From: Octopus vulgaris
Taxonomy: Eukaryota
DNA: 64,000 nt
Direction of reading: 5' to 3'
Assembly: GCA_951406725.2 (NCBI GenBank)
Contig: OX597831.1
Span: forward strand, 15,934,001 to 15,998,000
Part shown: positions 26,836 to 41,881 of the stretch, in pieces
Numbering within the stretch: the stretch's first letter is position 1
Layout of the letters: every line of letters begins with the position of its first letter
Position numbers and translations under genes: made by a program
Notes under the pieces: generated by a model
Seen by the model: only the letters and a program-made list of their open reading frames with translations
The model's database searches: none
What the model was told of the DNA's origin: nothing

Positions 26836-27844
26836 GATTAGCAAGACTTATATTTACTGGGATCTCGAGCCGTTTAAATTCTTAGGGGAGGTCACATAGA
26901 ATTACTGGGGCTCCGTGGGATGAACACAACGTCACATTTATATTTCCCATGAGAAATGAATTTTTGGTGGTAGGGACTTGTTTCATTATCATAATTAAAA
27001 AGAGTCTATCTTTACTTTTACAAAAAGTGGTCGTAGAAATAAGACGAAGTATTATTCATTATTGTGCTTTGTTTCTATCAGAATCGATTGCCTTTAAAGC
27101 GGAGAAACAAAACCGACGTATACCAACTATTTTTTGAAAAATTGTTTGAAAATTATTGCCCCACTCCACTCCGCAGAACCTTCGAGTAATGAAAAACTTT
27201 AATCCTAAATTTCGTATAGATTGATCCAGCAGTGTGGCTGGGCAAAGCAATATGCCTTAAGGTTGGAGTGAAGTGGTAGAGTCGATTTCGATTCTGAAGA
27301 AGGGCCAATAAGCAACTAGAAATAGTCACATGGCATTGAAAAAAAAGTATCGAGTGTACTCTAGCTAATATTATTAGGTCAATTCTACGGACAGTTATTT
27401 GAATAACACACGTCGATAAGTAACATAGGTCACGGAAATATTCAACTTTAAAATAAATAAATTACATCATATAACTTGAAAGCTACCGTACAGTGTGTAA
27501 GCTTGTGTCCATATGAAGACATTTCGTTATTTGAAAACTTAATGTTTCTTTCTCTTTAAAACTCTTCTTTCATTATCACAATTAGAGAGTGTTTTAGAAT
27601 CCTTTATCTTTAAAGCCAAAAAACAAAACCGCTGCAAAAATAAACAAAATCGGAAGGGCCGTATAGGCGGGTGGGGGCTACAGACCATATATGGGCAAAG
27701 ACTAAAATTTGTCCCATCCAACTCCTAGAGACTTCCAGAGTAATGAAAAACCTTCATGCCAAATTTGGTAGAGATTGAGTCAGCGGTTTCGCCGTGCTTA
27801 CAGGAAACACACATACCCACACGGAATTGTATAATAGTAACGAT

Positions 27845-27910
<66 letters not shown>

Positions 27911-29540
27911 CATATAAAATAAGGGCAAAATAAAAAATTCTAATACCAAATATGCCGAAAAAGACAAAATTTTCAATAACCATTATAATTTAAGCGTCTC
28001 GAAACAAGCTGATAGAAATTTCAAAAAAAAAACCGTTATTACCGTATTGCTCCCAATTTCTGGGTTAACGAATAAGAATTTCACCGCTTCAGCGATAAAT
28101 ACGTAAGACATAAATGAAATACTTACTCATACCCATGGAAAGAGCAAGCACTAAGTCCTGAGCAGACCTAAGTACCCCAAATATATCCAAAATAGAAAAT
28201 CTTCTGCACATCTCGAGACACGTGATTCAAACTAGAAAGTTTCACAGAGTGAAAGAATCCGGAAGTGAACACTATTCAATTTACAACTAATGTAGGATAT
28301 AATTTTATTCGAAAAAAAAAAAAAAATTATGAATGGCCCAAAAATTTGGCCGAGTTAAACATGCAAAGAAAATTTAGACTAATATTTTTGCTTTTTGCCA
28401 TTCTGCTAAGAATTTATGCTCGTGTGAATCTGACTGAGTGTAGAAATAACGTTAATAAAGCAATATTAATACATGTAAGTGTTATATGAACTTGCATAGC
28501 GAAACACTAATAAGGCATTTGTGTTTTTGAATAAATTAATGATATATTCCGAATATATTTTCATTTGTGACAAAATATTTTCGTCGCTTTGAAACGGCGC
28601 TCTTTTCACTGATAAAACTTGGTGCCATAAATAAGCAACAAGGATTTCCAAGATAGTGTAGTACAATTGTTTCATGCTACTTCATTTTATTAAACACTGT
28701 AAGTATTACATCAGTTTTTAAAAGTCGAGCAATCTTCAACCACATATAGAATTTTTTAATTAAACGGACAATGCTTATACTTATTTCATTTGCCAACATT
28801 ACAAAGCGGGTAGATATAGAGAGGCTAATTTCATCATTAAGAACACAATGGTAGTATGTTATTCATATATATATGAAACGGTAAACTTTATCTCCGAACT
28901 TAACGTTCAAGTTGAGTTAGGAGTCAGAATTCTGCGTAATATAACACGAGAAGACCTCTTACGTGAAATTGCGGTACATAAGAGCACACATGCTTCCATC
29001 ATTGAAAGACAAGGACCGTCAGCTCCGAATCTGGAGGTGCCACACCACACTATTTTGTTCTATTTTGAGTTTTCAGCCAGAGACATTCAGCTGTGTCATA
29101 ACAGCAATCAAAAATATTTAGAATAATATCACTGTACATTCAGGCGTTGATGTCGAAAAAGAGGTTCAGCGGCTGTCATCAGAGGATTGAATGACAATCA
29201 GTGAGGACAGCGAAACAGATATCACGAAACTTTCCAATGAGTTTTACATTAGAATGTACCCGTAGAATTGTCTAAGCATAGAATGTATAAAATTCACGGA
29301 AGAATGTAAGCGAAACAGTACGCACGCACACACACGCACGCACGAATATAAACACACACATAAATGTATGTATATATACATAATACTGTATGTGTATGTG
29401 TATGTAGGTTTAGGTGAGTAATCGAGAAAGAGATCGAAATAGATGCAAAAATAGATGTATATATGTGTGTGTTCTTGCACTTGTTTCTCTCTGCCAGTGG
29501 GAGTGCGTGCGCGCGCGGGCGATTTTAGTATGAGCTCTCT

Positions 29541-29907
29541 CTTTTACTCATTTTACTATTTTACATGTTTTAGTCATTTGACTGTGGCCATGCTGGAGCA
29601 ACGCCTTTAGTCGAGCGAATTGACCCCAGGACTTCTTTGTAAATATTGTACTTATTCTATCGGTCTCTTTTGCAGAAACGCTAGGTTATGGGAACAAACA
29701 TAGACACACAAACATATACACATACACACATATACATATATACATATATACGACGGGCTTCTTTCAGTTTCCGTCTACCAAATCCACTCACAAGGCTTTG
29801 ATCGGCCCGCGGCTATAGTAGAAGTCTCTTGCCCAATGTGCCACGCACTGGGACTGAACCCGCAACAATGTGGTTGGTAAGCGAGCTACTTATCAGACAC
29901 CCACTTC
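29541..29907 (-). mobile_element. Octopus-type tRNA-derived SINE
   Basis: Head ..GATAAGTAGCTCGCTTACCAACCACATTGTTGCGGGTTCAGTCCCAGTGCGTGGCAC (B-box-like), CA-rich middle, tail ending in short AGTAAA repeats. Confidence 0.85.
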
Positions 29908-30211
29908 GATATAAAGTGCAAATCCTGATCAGAAATTAGTCGCGTGGGTATCACTATTTCACCTGTTACTAAAACAAATGTTAAAATCTGTTGGAGCTCT
30001 TACAATTATAAGATTATGTTATTTATTAATTTGTAGCGAAAGTGCCATCCCTATTCACCAGTTGTAGCATCTGTAGATTTCTATCTCTTCCCCAATAAAA
30101 AACAGCGCAATGGTCGACGCTTTTATTACAGCGCGAACCTGCTGGATCACACTAATGAAATATTTAGGGAAAGACGTCGACGTCATTACTTATATTTTAA
30201 GACATGTTTAA

Positions 30212-30554
30212 TTCTGTTTAATTCACTTGTAAGGGTTATTAGGGCTATGCAGAATATTAAAGGTGAAAGTGAGTCACCTTGAAAAATGCCACAGTTGATG
30301 TTTATATTTTCTGAGGCAAGAACTCCATTAGAGTGGTATAATTGGAGATTCGTATTCCACAACGACATATTGTGCTTCAGGAAGTTTGAAATCACAGGCG
30401 AAATTTTGAAGATGTCCAGCGATTTCAAGATCCATGGATGCGGTATACTGTCGAAGGCCTTTTTATAGTCAATCCATGCGGAGCTGAGATTTCTTCGCTT
30501 GTTGTGACAGTTCTCAAGAATCATACGATTAATTAGCAGTTGATCTTTGCATCC

Positions 30555-30555
<1 letters not shown>
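30212..30555 (-). mobile_element. Dong-like family A RT fragment, duplicate of 11260-11604
   Basis: GCKDQLLINRMILEN..WIDYKKAFDSIPH..GIFQGDSLSPL, with the same 5' truncation into (TAA)n. Confidence 0.9.
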
Positions 30556-30617
<62 letters not shown>

Positions 30618-30655
30618 TCTATTATTATTATTATTATTATTATTTATTATTATTA

Positions 30656-30737
<82 letters not shown>

Positions 30738-30739
30738 CA

Positions 30740-30777
<38 letters not shown>

Positions 30778-31412
30778 TGAACCTTAAACATACGTAACCA
30801 CCTCACATAGAGAGGACATGCCCTTCTCCCACTTGGTGCATTTGGACATGAAATGTTGCAATGAATAGGAGAGACAATTTCTTAAAAAGGAAGACAAAAA
30901 CAAAAAATTTAAACAATTCGCCCAGCAACACAATTGAAAAATACAGCACAGAAACATAACACAAACTCCCCTATCATGAAAACCAATGTCCACTGCTTTA
31001 TCCAATCCACCATCATCACAATCACAACCCACGCCAAAACCGCCGCCACCTCCACCAACACCACCACCACCACCACCAACAACAACAACACCATGAACAG
31101 CAACACCTCCAAGGTCACCTCTATAACCAGCATCATCATCACAACAGACATGACAAACAAATCCGAAACTTCGCCGGCAACAACAACAACAGCAAATACA
31201 TCAGAACGACAGTCTTCTTGTATTACAGACGAATAAACGTTCACAACAAAAATTGACTCCACTCTTTGCATAAACTAAAATACATACACAAGTTAAACAT
31301 TGAAATTCCCCGAAGCAATCGGATCTGCCGAGGCATTCTATCAAAGAGAATATATACTCCGGAAAGCCCCCAGAACTTAACACAAACATATATGTATATA
31401 TATGTATATATA

Positions 31413-31474
<62 letters not shown>

Positions 31475-34400
31475 TATATAATTACACAGGTTATTGAAAA
31501 AGAATACACATATATAGAAATGTATGTATCTATATATTTTTCTATGTACTATGAGTATACATTTATATATATATATAATATAATATACACGCATATATGA
31601 ATATATATAAGTAGGTATACATAGATATACCGGAGTCTGCCGAAGCGTGCATATGTGTGCGTGTGTGTGTGTGTGCATGATTGTGTGTGTTTGTGAATGT
31701 GTGTTTGTGCATGCAAATTTATATTTTCATATACATACCCGTATGTACTGTGAGATGAAAATGCTTACGTAAATTTGAAATGATTCTTCCAATTTAATCA
31801 ATAACCGACATTATGAAAACAGATGCATTGGGAGAATATTTCTTCCAGAAATGTTTGAAGCACAGCAGTTGCTGATTTAATGATCCCCTCTATGTTTTCT
31901 TTCGTTTATTGAAATAAATATAATGTAACAGATGCCAGTCATTTCTCAATAAATTATACGTGTATTGCACATGTGGCGTTCTAATGTATTTTGCTGAAAT
32001 GCTCTACATATCTGCGATGATATTACTGATCATTCTTTCAAAGGTTTCTATGTCCTTGGCAATGGTTTTCAAAGCAGCAGTGGTGGTGTGCTTGTTTTTG
32101 TCGGTTGCTTTCATGCTAATAATATAACAATTTTGAAATTAATGATACAGGAAAATAGAATTGTTTCCATCTAATATAAAAGCGCACAAACAAAGCTGTT
32201 CTGTATTTATATAAGCTCGTTATTGTTGCCCGATATTGCAAACTTTCTATCATTGTCGATATTGTTTTTAATTACGCAATATTTAGCCATAGAATCACAG
32301 GAGATATAGATCACAGAGGAAGACACCCGGTTCAGCGTACTTTTACTTTCCGTGTTCTCCATTTCTTACCTTGGATTTTAAGATATCAGTCAAGGTAAAG
32401 CTGCTTTTAATAGTTTTTCCTCTACATGAACAAGTTTGGTGGAATAACTTGTAAACTTGGAATTTCACGCCACATAGAAACTAGGAAATTGAAAGAAGAA
32501 TGCGTTTGTGTGAAATTTTATTTAAAGATGGCGAAAACCTTTACGGAGCAATGTAAGATATCAACAAGAAGAATAGTTTGAGCATGCCATAATTACCAGT
32601 ATTAGTATGAGTGTTTGAAATCTGGAAAAACTGCCTAGAAAGATAATGTGCAGAGAACCTTTTTTAGTGGGAAATATTTTGTCACGAACCTGGGAACTTT
32701 GCCAAATACCCTAAGTAATAGGCATCCGGTATTATTCTTGTCCCAGAATTTTAAAAGTAAAACCCAAGCTGAACAACTTTACCTAGAATTTTTTCTGAGT
32801 CTGTTGATTGAATTATAAAGGTTGACCGAATTATAGAGGAACAGTTCCAGGTTTCTCAACCACCGAGTTACACTGTATCAAGTTTAGTCGACATATTTCT
32901 AGATCTGTTAGCAATTCCATGGGCGTTTAAAGCAGATTGCAAATCAAAGTACAATCTCTCAAATGGTATTCACTTGTGAGTAGCGGATTTCGTATTTATA
33001 GGTCTGTCTGTGTAAATGTCTGTATTTACGTGTGTATAGAGGTGTTTCTGCATACAAAGGTATTAGTGCGTATGTGCATGTGGGTGTGTGAGAGAGAGTG
33101 TGTGTATGTGTGTTTATGCGTGTGTGTTTGTGTGTGTGTGTATGTGTGTGTTTGTGTGTATATATAAATTGATCTGTTTTGTAAATGATTTTGATCTGGA
33201 AATTTTATACGTATTTGAAGAGATGTATTTTGAAAACAAATGTTTTTCAGAGGTTTTAATTAATGTGGACATACATATATTGTGAGGTAACTTCTACCCT
33301 ATAGCTACATAACACCTGTAATCTCCGTTTCAGACTCAAGTAAAATAAAAGCATCTTATCCAGATAACTGTGTATAGTTATTAAAAGAAGTCTACAGTTA
33401 AATGGAGCTTCTGATAATGAAGTCTTCGTGTGGTTCAATTTTATTTTTCTATGATAAACATGTGTTTTCTGGCAGTTATGGGGCGGGGCGGGTAAGGAAG
33501 ATTCAATTCGAAGAGATGAGGGACAGATAATGCGCACCGGTGGACACTCCAGTAGGTGAGTCGCTTGACAGACAAAAGCTGGAAACATTAATTAGTGCCG
33601 TTAGGGACATCATTACCATCACCAATTCTCTCCATTCATATTCGCACACTTGGGTGATGGGTAAAACCCCCAAACAGTAAATCACTTCTGGGTTTTTTAT
33701 TAATTATGGTAACAAAAGAGGCTGTTACAGGGGATGGAGTTAAGGTTCCTGTGAAGATTTTTTAAAAAACTTTTTCATGACTATCTCCACAACCATATTG
33801 ACAGTAAATGGGAAATGATATAAAGTGGTGTATGCCGCAGATATAAGGATTACCTTTAGAAAAGGGGTCAATTTTTAGCTTGATAGCAATGTATGATAGG
33901 AAGTACAGTGTTTTCAATAGTACAGTAAATTTAATACTCTCATAGAACTAGTAGTTTGATATTTGAGTAATACTTCTTTGCACACCACAGAAATAACACC
34001 ACTAATATATTTTGTCCATCTTACCCTAGGCTTAACAATACTGTTGCTAATTTGGCACCACTAAAAACTTCAACATCGTACAGATTATATTAACTTTCTT
34101 TTAGAAGTCACAACTGTAACTTATTCGAAATTCATTTTGACTTTCTCTTTATAGGTCTGCTTCCAATGCGGAAGTGCTGCTGTGGCTATTCTAATTATTA
34201 AGATATTCCTATACTAATGAATATACATGCCACTTCACGTATATATATGTTACCTATCAAATTTTGTCTTTGAAAAAGATGAAGATCCGCGATGTGAGGA
34301 TTAACGATTCAGAGATTTTTAAAAAATATATGCACATATTTAAAGACCAGCAATTATTTCATTGCTTTGTAAACGAGAGTTTGCACGAAATTTGTGTTTA

Positions 34401-36399
34401 GAATGGAGCATCACTTGCTAGTGTCTATTACGGCATTGTAATAAAAACTCCTTCACACCAGATGAGTTCAAACGCAATTTTATTTTGCTATTATGCATAG
34501 TGAGCTCTTAGGAAAAAATAAACTATTTTCCTAATTTGCACTCCATGTTGTGTTGTGATTAAGAATTCTTGAATTTCTCGTCGATCATTTGCGTGTAACT
34601 CAATAGATTTCACTCGGTGTTTTCTATTTTATGGCATTACATCGATAACATCAATGTTCTTGCATATAATCGTGTATAAAGCGGGCTGGTGGCAATTGCA
34701 TGCTGCTTCGACAAACTCTGAAAAAAAGAAAAAATCAATTACCAGTAATTTATGAAGAAAGAAATGTTACAAAAATAAAAATATATAGCTAGACATACAA
34801 TGTCGTATTGTACATTTTTTTCGGAATACTGGCCTAACTTTTGCTGGCGCCACAAATTCAACAGCAGAAATATAACGCCAGAGACAGCAGATGTAAATAG
34901 AGAAGCAACAGTAGCGACACAGATAAACAAACAGCAACAGCAAAAAAGCGACGACGGAAAAAGACCAGGAATACGAGTAGAAGGGAAAAGCATGAACCGG
35001 TCATTATTTGAAGGACGAAATAAATAATGATCGAGGCCAAAATGGCGTCACATATCACAAAACAATTATAACATCTGCGGAAGTTGCAGCAGCCTCGGTA
35101 TTAGGGTCAACGTCTTAAACTCTTGACTCTCTATGTCACTCTCCCTTACTCCCTCTCTACGCCCTCCCTCTCTCTGTCTTTCCGTAACACTCATTAATCA
35201 TATAACTATATTTTCCCACTTTCTCTGATCACCACTCCTGTTCTCACAGCACATCACAAAGGGAAGTCGACTCGAGCGGTATTCCTTACTACAAGGCAAT
35301 GAAGAAAGAACCAGCGATCAATGTCTGCAGCATGCAAAACTTTAAAAAATATGTAATTTTGAAATAATTCGAAGAAACTCATGAAATAGAAATGAATAGC
35401 AACAAAGATGGAGAGAATCAGGAGTCAAATTTCCAACCCTCTGTTCAGAAATCCTTCCAATCAAAAGAAAATAGCGAAGAAGTATATGTAGTCTTGACAA
35501 GAGTATTCACAAATACCCACGAGCAGCCTTCAGAATCTTTGAATCCCTTCCCGTTGACGAAAGTGAATTTGAAGTTTGTACCAAAAAACGAAGTACGTGA
35601 CGTTTCTATTATTATGCATGAGGTTCTTTTGAAGTAGAGTTTCTTGTTCAACATCTCATGCAATTTGGTTAAATATATTACAGCCATCACGAAGACCACT
35701 TGCCTCTGATCTCTGGTCTTCAACATTTGAACGTGCAAGCGTCACTTAGTAAGTGTGAAAAGTTTGGAACACGAATGACATGCTTTCGTCTCAGACATAG
35801 GTGATCAATTCTTAGCGCTCAATTTGAGGACAACGGAAAACGTTATTTCATAATAACGGCCGTCAATTTCCTGACAGTTTCTGAATACCCGGAACCATTG
35901 GAATGGCTAAAATAATCTAAGGAAGCGCTAATATTTGTCCCAGCGTTTAACAGTCGAGTCTTATCCAAAATGCAGTGACGTAAATCTAATGAACTAAATA
36001 TTTTTGTTGTTGTTCCAAAAGCTCTTGGCTATATCTTTTAGATTCTTGTTCCAATTCTTACTGCAACAACCATACGACCTACAAAGCAGATGGGATACTT
36101 TGAGGTCTCCTCTGATAACTACGTCATACCGTATGCTTTCTAACAGCCATTTCTCATGATTGTCAGTGTTTTTCCTCAAATTCCAGTATGAAAGCAATTG
36201 GTAATTTAGCTATTATGAGGCTATAACATAGTGTTGTATCAATAATATACAATGCTATAATATATATCTATATCTATATCACATACCTATAAATGCACAT
36301 GGAACTTGACATATATTTAAAACACACACATTCATACATAGCTATCTATCTATCTAACTATAAATCTACCTATCTATCATGGTTGGGAGATAACAGCTT

Positions 36400-37090
36400 A
36401 CTCAAAATACTGTCACTCAGCTTCTGCCATGGTCTCAGTACATTTCCCCAACTTGCGATTGAGTTCTTCGCTCTGTCTTCCAAGATCTTCGAACTCCCTA
36501 ATCTTCGCTTTCGTCTTGGACTTAGTGTTATAGGCAAAGAGGTTAGTACCCTTCTCAACCTGTCTCCGCATACGAGAACCTATGGGCTTACAATCCACAA
36601 ATTAAAAGACCAAAAAGCTTGGGGCTGATGAAGCTGTAGTAATTCTCCGACGGCCATGTCTGACACAGGTATGCAAAGAAGCAGAACCCTGCTGCCACAT
36701 ATAGAACCTTCCAGCAGCTGTCCACTCTGGCCAGGGATTGACCACATCCTCCAGCAGATTCACATTACCGTCTGAGTCTAAGGTACTCTTCATTTGTTGA
36801 TGTTGAGATCATGGTGTGCGGACGCAGTTTGAACGACAAATGCATCCCTCCCTACAGGTGATGGCTTCGCAGTCTCCGTTTCAGCTGTCCACGTTACTTC
36901 TTGCAACCTTCAAATGTTCACAAAGCATCGAAAACTAGTCAAGCTCTCGGCCTTTTGATATCCAGCACGTATCATCACGCTGCACTTAACTCTTCTCCAA
37001 TATTCTGATGGCTTTCATTGCCTAACTGTTTCTCAAATTTAGGATTAATTTGCATGATCTCCAATGTCGTTGACTGTTCACTAGATCTTG
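36400..37090 (-). mobile_element. Duplicate of the maT/DD37D-like transposase remnant
   Basis: Paralogous to 17640-18330. Confidence 0.65.
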
Positions 37091-37909
37091 AGATATTCTT
37101 TAAAAAGTAGAATTGAAAGTCGTTAAATCCAACTCAAACGCCGTTTGTAAGAGAGCGTGCGCATGTGCGATTGTGTTATAAAGACTGAAAGAGAGACCGA
37201 GGCTTAAATGTTAAATGTGAGGAAGGTAGAAACCGCTGCAATCGGAAACATTTTAAATTTAATTTTTCAAAAAAAGCAGGATTGTTATTGGCATGGTGGA
37301 GTAGAGAATGAATGGACAGAAAGCAGTTTTGTTAACGAGACGATAAGTGTGATATGATGAAACTTTAAGCATCTGAATCTGTCTCTAAAGTTTCATGGGG
37401 ATTACATTTACTTTAACATAAGCGAAGGGTGAACACAGAAGAGCGATAATCTAAACGATCTCGTATCAATTCATTATCTATTGGTTCTGGCAGATTCGGA
37501 CGTGAACAACTGACCTCTGGGTTTTTTTTCGTCATCGGAGAACTCCTCATTATTCTATTTTTTCATGACATGCGTCATAACAAAGGAATTGCCTGGCAAT
37601 ATGTTTGATTGTAATATTCTATGTTCTTCTTACTATATTGTTAAAGTTATCGTTACAGTTTTATTCCCGCATAGTTGACACTGTGTTGAAATACCGTGAT
37701 ATTGTTGCGTTGCTGTATTAGTCTTATCTCAGTTTTACTGCCTACAATCTTCCTTTAACATGAGTGTATTATTGAAAAGTAAGAGTTATCAATAAAATGA
37801 GTGGGGAAGTATTATACAAATGATAAAATGGTTTTATGTCTATGAAAATTGTCATTCAAAATATAGCCTTATGAGTTGACTTACACCAAATATAAACTTA
37901 TGGTTTTCA

Positions 37910-38019
37910 TCATACCAAGATGAATAATAAAGCTACCATAAGCATGCAGAGGGAGAAGTTAATGTTGGGCGACGCGCCGACCTTCCCGAAAGTATGTGGT
38001 GTTAATGTAGGGTCAGTCC
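37910..38019 (-). CDS. Gene B' exon 4: (W)TDPTLTPHTFGKVGASPNINFSLCMLMVALLFILV*
   Basis: Same splice site as gene B; one substitution (F>L). Confidence 0.78.
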
Positions 38020-39202
38020 CTGAAATAAATATGAAAGATTGGTAAACATCCATTGAAACTCTTACTACACATTGTAGAGATATGGATGCAAATTTTATGC
38101 ATCACTTTCTCGTGCATAAACTAGCCACTCCAGTTTTTTTCTCCAGAACTGCTCCGATTAAACTTGTGATGCGGATTTTAATTTTCCTGGAGACTATGTT
38201 GAAGCTTGCAAAAAGTAGCAAATCCATAATTTGTCTATTTTAACGCTGGAATAGACATTAGAATTTTATTGGTGCTACCTATAGAACTCAATCGTTCTGC
38301 CTGCAACAATCTAAGACAGCTAGAGGTGCAAGAAAACAATAATGTCGGATAGGAATTTAAATGTATTCCACGAAATGTGTCTCGGACAGAGTCTGAGCTC
38401 CAAATGTTCGATTAGTATCCCAAATGAGGAGGTTTCGAGAAGAGCGAGGTCACAACCGCTGCACGGTTTTGCAGCTGAGCGCCGCTTCTGCATCGCTGGT
38501 GTCATTCTCGCTCTAGTCAATCAATGGAAGTCGGAAAATGCCTGTCGCCAGGCATAAAATAGCTATGCGAAAGATCACTTGCTGAAGGTCATTTCATGAT
38601 GAATTCATGACCTTTCGTGGAATGAATATGGTATTCTAGCATCCGGTCGAATTTGGGGGAAAGGAGATTTTCGTGAAATGCGCCGAGCGGTACAGGGAAA
38701 CCTGGATCAAAAGATGTACAACTATTCTACCATTTCTTGAAGTTTCGAAATACTCAAATTTATGTAACGTAAAATTATTCAAATTTATTTACTATAATTT
38801 ACTTTAAAATAACTTTTACACTTTAGCATTTAAACTATCCGTATCTGGCTAAAATACTCTTCCTGTTTTACACGCAAAATGGTCATCCCTGGCCTCTAAT
38901 ATATATCCACCAGCATAATTCTTAAAATAAAGAACCACACCATCAAAATCCCAAACCTACGGGATAATGCATGGTTAATTCAAAACACAGTAAATAAATA
39001 AGCTTTACATTTGGCAGTGCAACCTGAATGCTAGAGTGTTACCTGATAACCAAGCAAAATGTTAAGGATTTGTTTTGAAATATTAAATTGATTTTAATAT
39101 ATGTTCAACGCTTATTAAATTGCATCCGACAAAAGAAGTTTACAGAATTCGATACCGGTTTGAATTTAGTGTTATTACATAATTTACTACATCAAGACTT
39201 AC

Positions 39203-39291
39203 AATCACACTTGTTGGCGATAACGATATTGTAGTAGCGACCACACGTATGATATAATTGCAGAAAACACGTTTCAAACAGCTTCATACGC
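39203..39291 (-). CDS. Gene B' exon 3: RMKLFETCFLQLYHTCGRYYNIVIANKCD
   Basis: ctgttttag|G ... T|gtaagt. 89 nt; all three Cys kept. Confidence 0.88.
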
Positions 39292-39766
39292 CTAAAACAG
39301 AAAAGATTTTGTAAAGAAATATTATTGTGGAAAATGGAAATTTCTACAGTTGAAAATAGTTTGAAATATTTATGTTCTAACATCTAAGAAACTTTGTGTT
39401 TTACAAAATAATTACACGAGGACAAGAACTGAAGGTTTTACAACGATTAGATTTTGGGAGCAAACCTTTAAAATTGTGCTGATATTTTGACCAAAAAGGA
39501 ATTAATAATCTTAGCATCTCTAATCTCATCCTAATTAAAAGACATATATTATTCATTTTGATCATTTTTAAGGCCATACCATGGAATATTTTACTTATGC
39601 TTTGTCCGATAGCATGGTTAGAAGTTAAAGCAGGAGGTTACTTTTAACAATTCAAATGTCTAGTACAAGCAAAATGTGATAGACAGAAATACTAGCACTG
39701 AATAGTTGATAATATTTATGAATTAGATAAGTGAATAACAGAAGTAATAGTGGAAGAGTTATGTAC

Positions 39767-39872
39767 TGGCAGAAATTATGAAGATTTTCATTTCTTCTTT
39801 CAGGATATTTTAGAAAGACTCTCGGACACATAAGTTTAGCAATATCGTGGCAAGATTTTGAGGCTGTAAAAC
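39767..39872 (-). CDS. Gene B' exon 2: (G)FTASKSCHDIAKLMCPRVFLKYPERRNENLHNFC(Q)
   Basis: ttccag|GT ... CA|gtacat. 106 nt, with an in-frame 6-nt indel relative to B. Confidence 0.88.
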
Positions 39873-41482
39873 CTGGAATTCGATAAATAAAAACTGTCAA
39901 TTAAATATATATCACAAACACACACACACACGCATATGGCAAATGAAAAACGGAAATAGAATATACGAAAATTTATTATTAATCACGACAATTGTTTCGA
40001 AATATCTAGCATCCATCTCTCATGGCTAGGATACTCGACAACTGGTTCAGGATCATCCGGTGGTGCAGATGTATCTCGTCGGTTGATAAATAAGAACAAC
40101 TCTTTAAAATAACGGTTCCGCAATGTAACTTCTCGTTTTGTAGAAAGAAAACAGCCAGAGGAAATATCTTCATTTATATTGAAAATCAAAAGTAAAATCA
40201 CAGATGGTAAAAAGAGAAACGAACACGCAGTCCAGCGAGAAAAATATTAAAAATAACCACTAACCAATATGGATGTATAAAGGCCCTCGCGAAAGTAGCA
40301 TGGCGCGAGTACATTCGCTCATGCAAGCATCCACGAAAATGTGAGCATACGCACATCTGATGTTTGGTGCAATCATGATCACAAATCGTTAACTATCTAC
40401 TTGGTGTTTGTGAAAATGGGGAGATTGAAAGTAAACTGAAGACATCCATACTTTAAAGTAAATTAAGTTTAGTTAATGGTTACTCAAAAGTCATTCCCAT
40501 GGCATTGTGTGAAAGTACATTGATATGAATGTAGGCATCTCGAGAGTCGTTAAGAATTTCTATTAATGATCTCCTCGTTAGTCCACAGAATATATAGAGA
40601 TGCCCCGGAGCAGAGACGGTATATTCTGAAATTATATTGCATTGTTTCGAGTGCCTTACTTGGGACCAAGTTATGCTGTACTACATTTTATGCTCCTCCA
40701 GGCGTCATACAAAATCTGCCAAAGATTTTGTCTCTTTTTGATAATCATAAACCTGGTAACATCGTTATGGTAAGGTATATTAAATGATTCAGCCGTCTGC
40801 CTAATGTAAACATACGGTCCTCCACTTGTGTGCAAGGTACATTTGTATACAAGATTTTTATACAATATTTGTACATCAGTTCGCTTTCTGACTTAAGACA
40901 CTCACCCACACACAAATGATGGAAAACTCATACACATTTACATACCTATACACACAGAAGGACACGCACACACACACACACATTCATGCGCACACATATT
41001 TTCGTACATTCTAGTATCTGAAGTTCCAAATCTCTAACGAGTGCACCTGCGCGAGAGGCACACTGAAGTGGCAATTTATTAGAAACTTCCTCAAGTTTAA
41101 TGAAAAATCAACATTAATTTTCGCGCGGTTATATTAAATGTTGTTTGTTATTTCTTTGAAATTGATACCCCAAACTAAAGAAGTGTGTGGTATGACGTTT
41201 ATTATACCGCAAGCAAACAATCTTCAGAGCCTGGGACAACTACTGAAAATATGTTATTAATAGTTCTTACTAAACGAAAGTCTGGGAATATCGTGCACAG
41301 TGTTCTGACTAACCTTTGCACAACTTCAATTACACTCTCAGGATATGAGATTTGGAGATGGAGAAAATATTGCCTTACGCAAAGATGAGTGACTATTTAA
41401 TGCTAGAGACTACTATAGATCGCATTTTTATACCACCCATCTATGTCGCAGAAATTTCCATTTTAAGTTTCATAATATATAA

Positions 41483-41564
<82 letters not shown>

Positions 41565-41812
41565 AGGTTTGGAGTTGATGTACAGGTATTATATATTATA
41601 AGAAATGAGGTAATCAGAAGATCGGATGGTTCATGTTTATAGATATTTATTTATATATTACATTTTTTACATATATATATCATATCATTCAGATCATATC
41701 ATTCAGATTATTTGATATGATCTGAATGATATGATATATATATGTAAAAAATGTAATATATAAAGAAATATCTATAAACATGAACCATCCGATCTTCTGA
41801 TAACCTCATTTC

Positions 41813-41881
<69 letters not shown>

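Noticed and set aside
27294-27340. CTGAAGA..GAAATAGTC hammerhead-like string (also at ~45516)
   Set aside because: Stems I and II do not pair.
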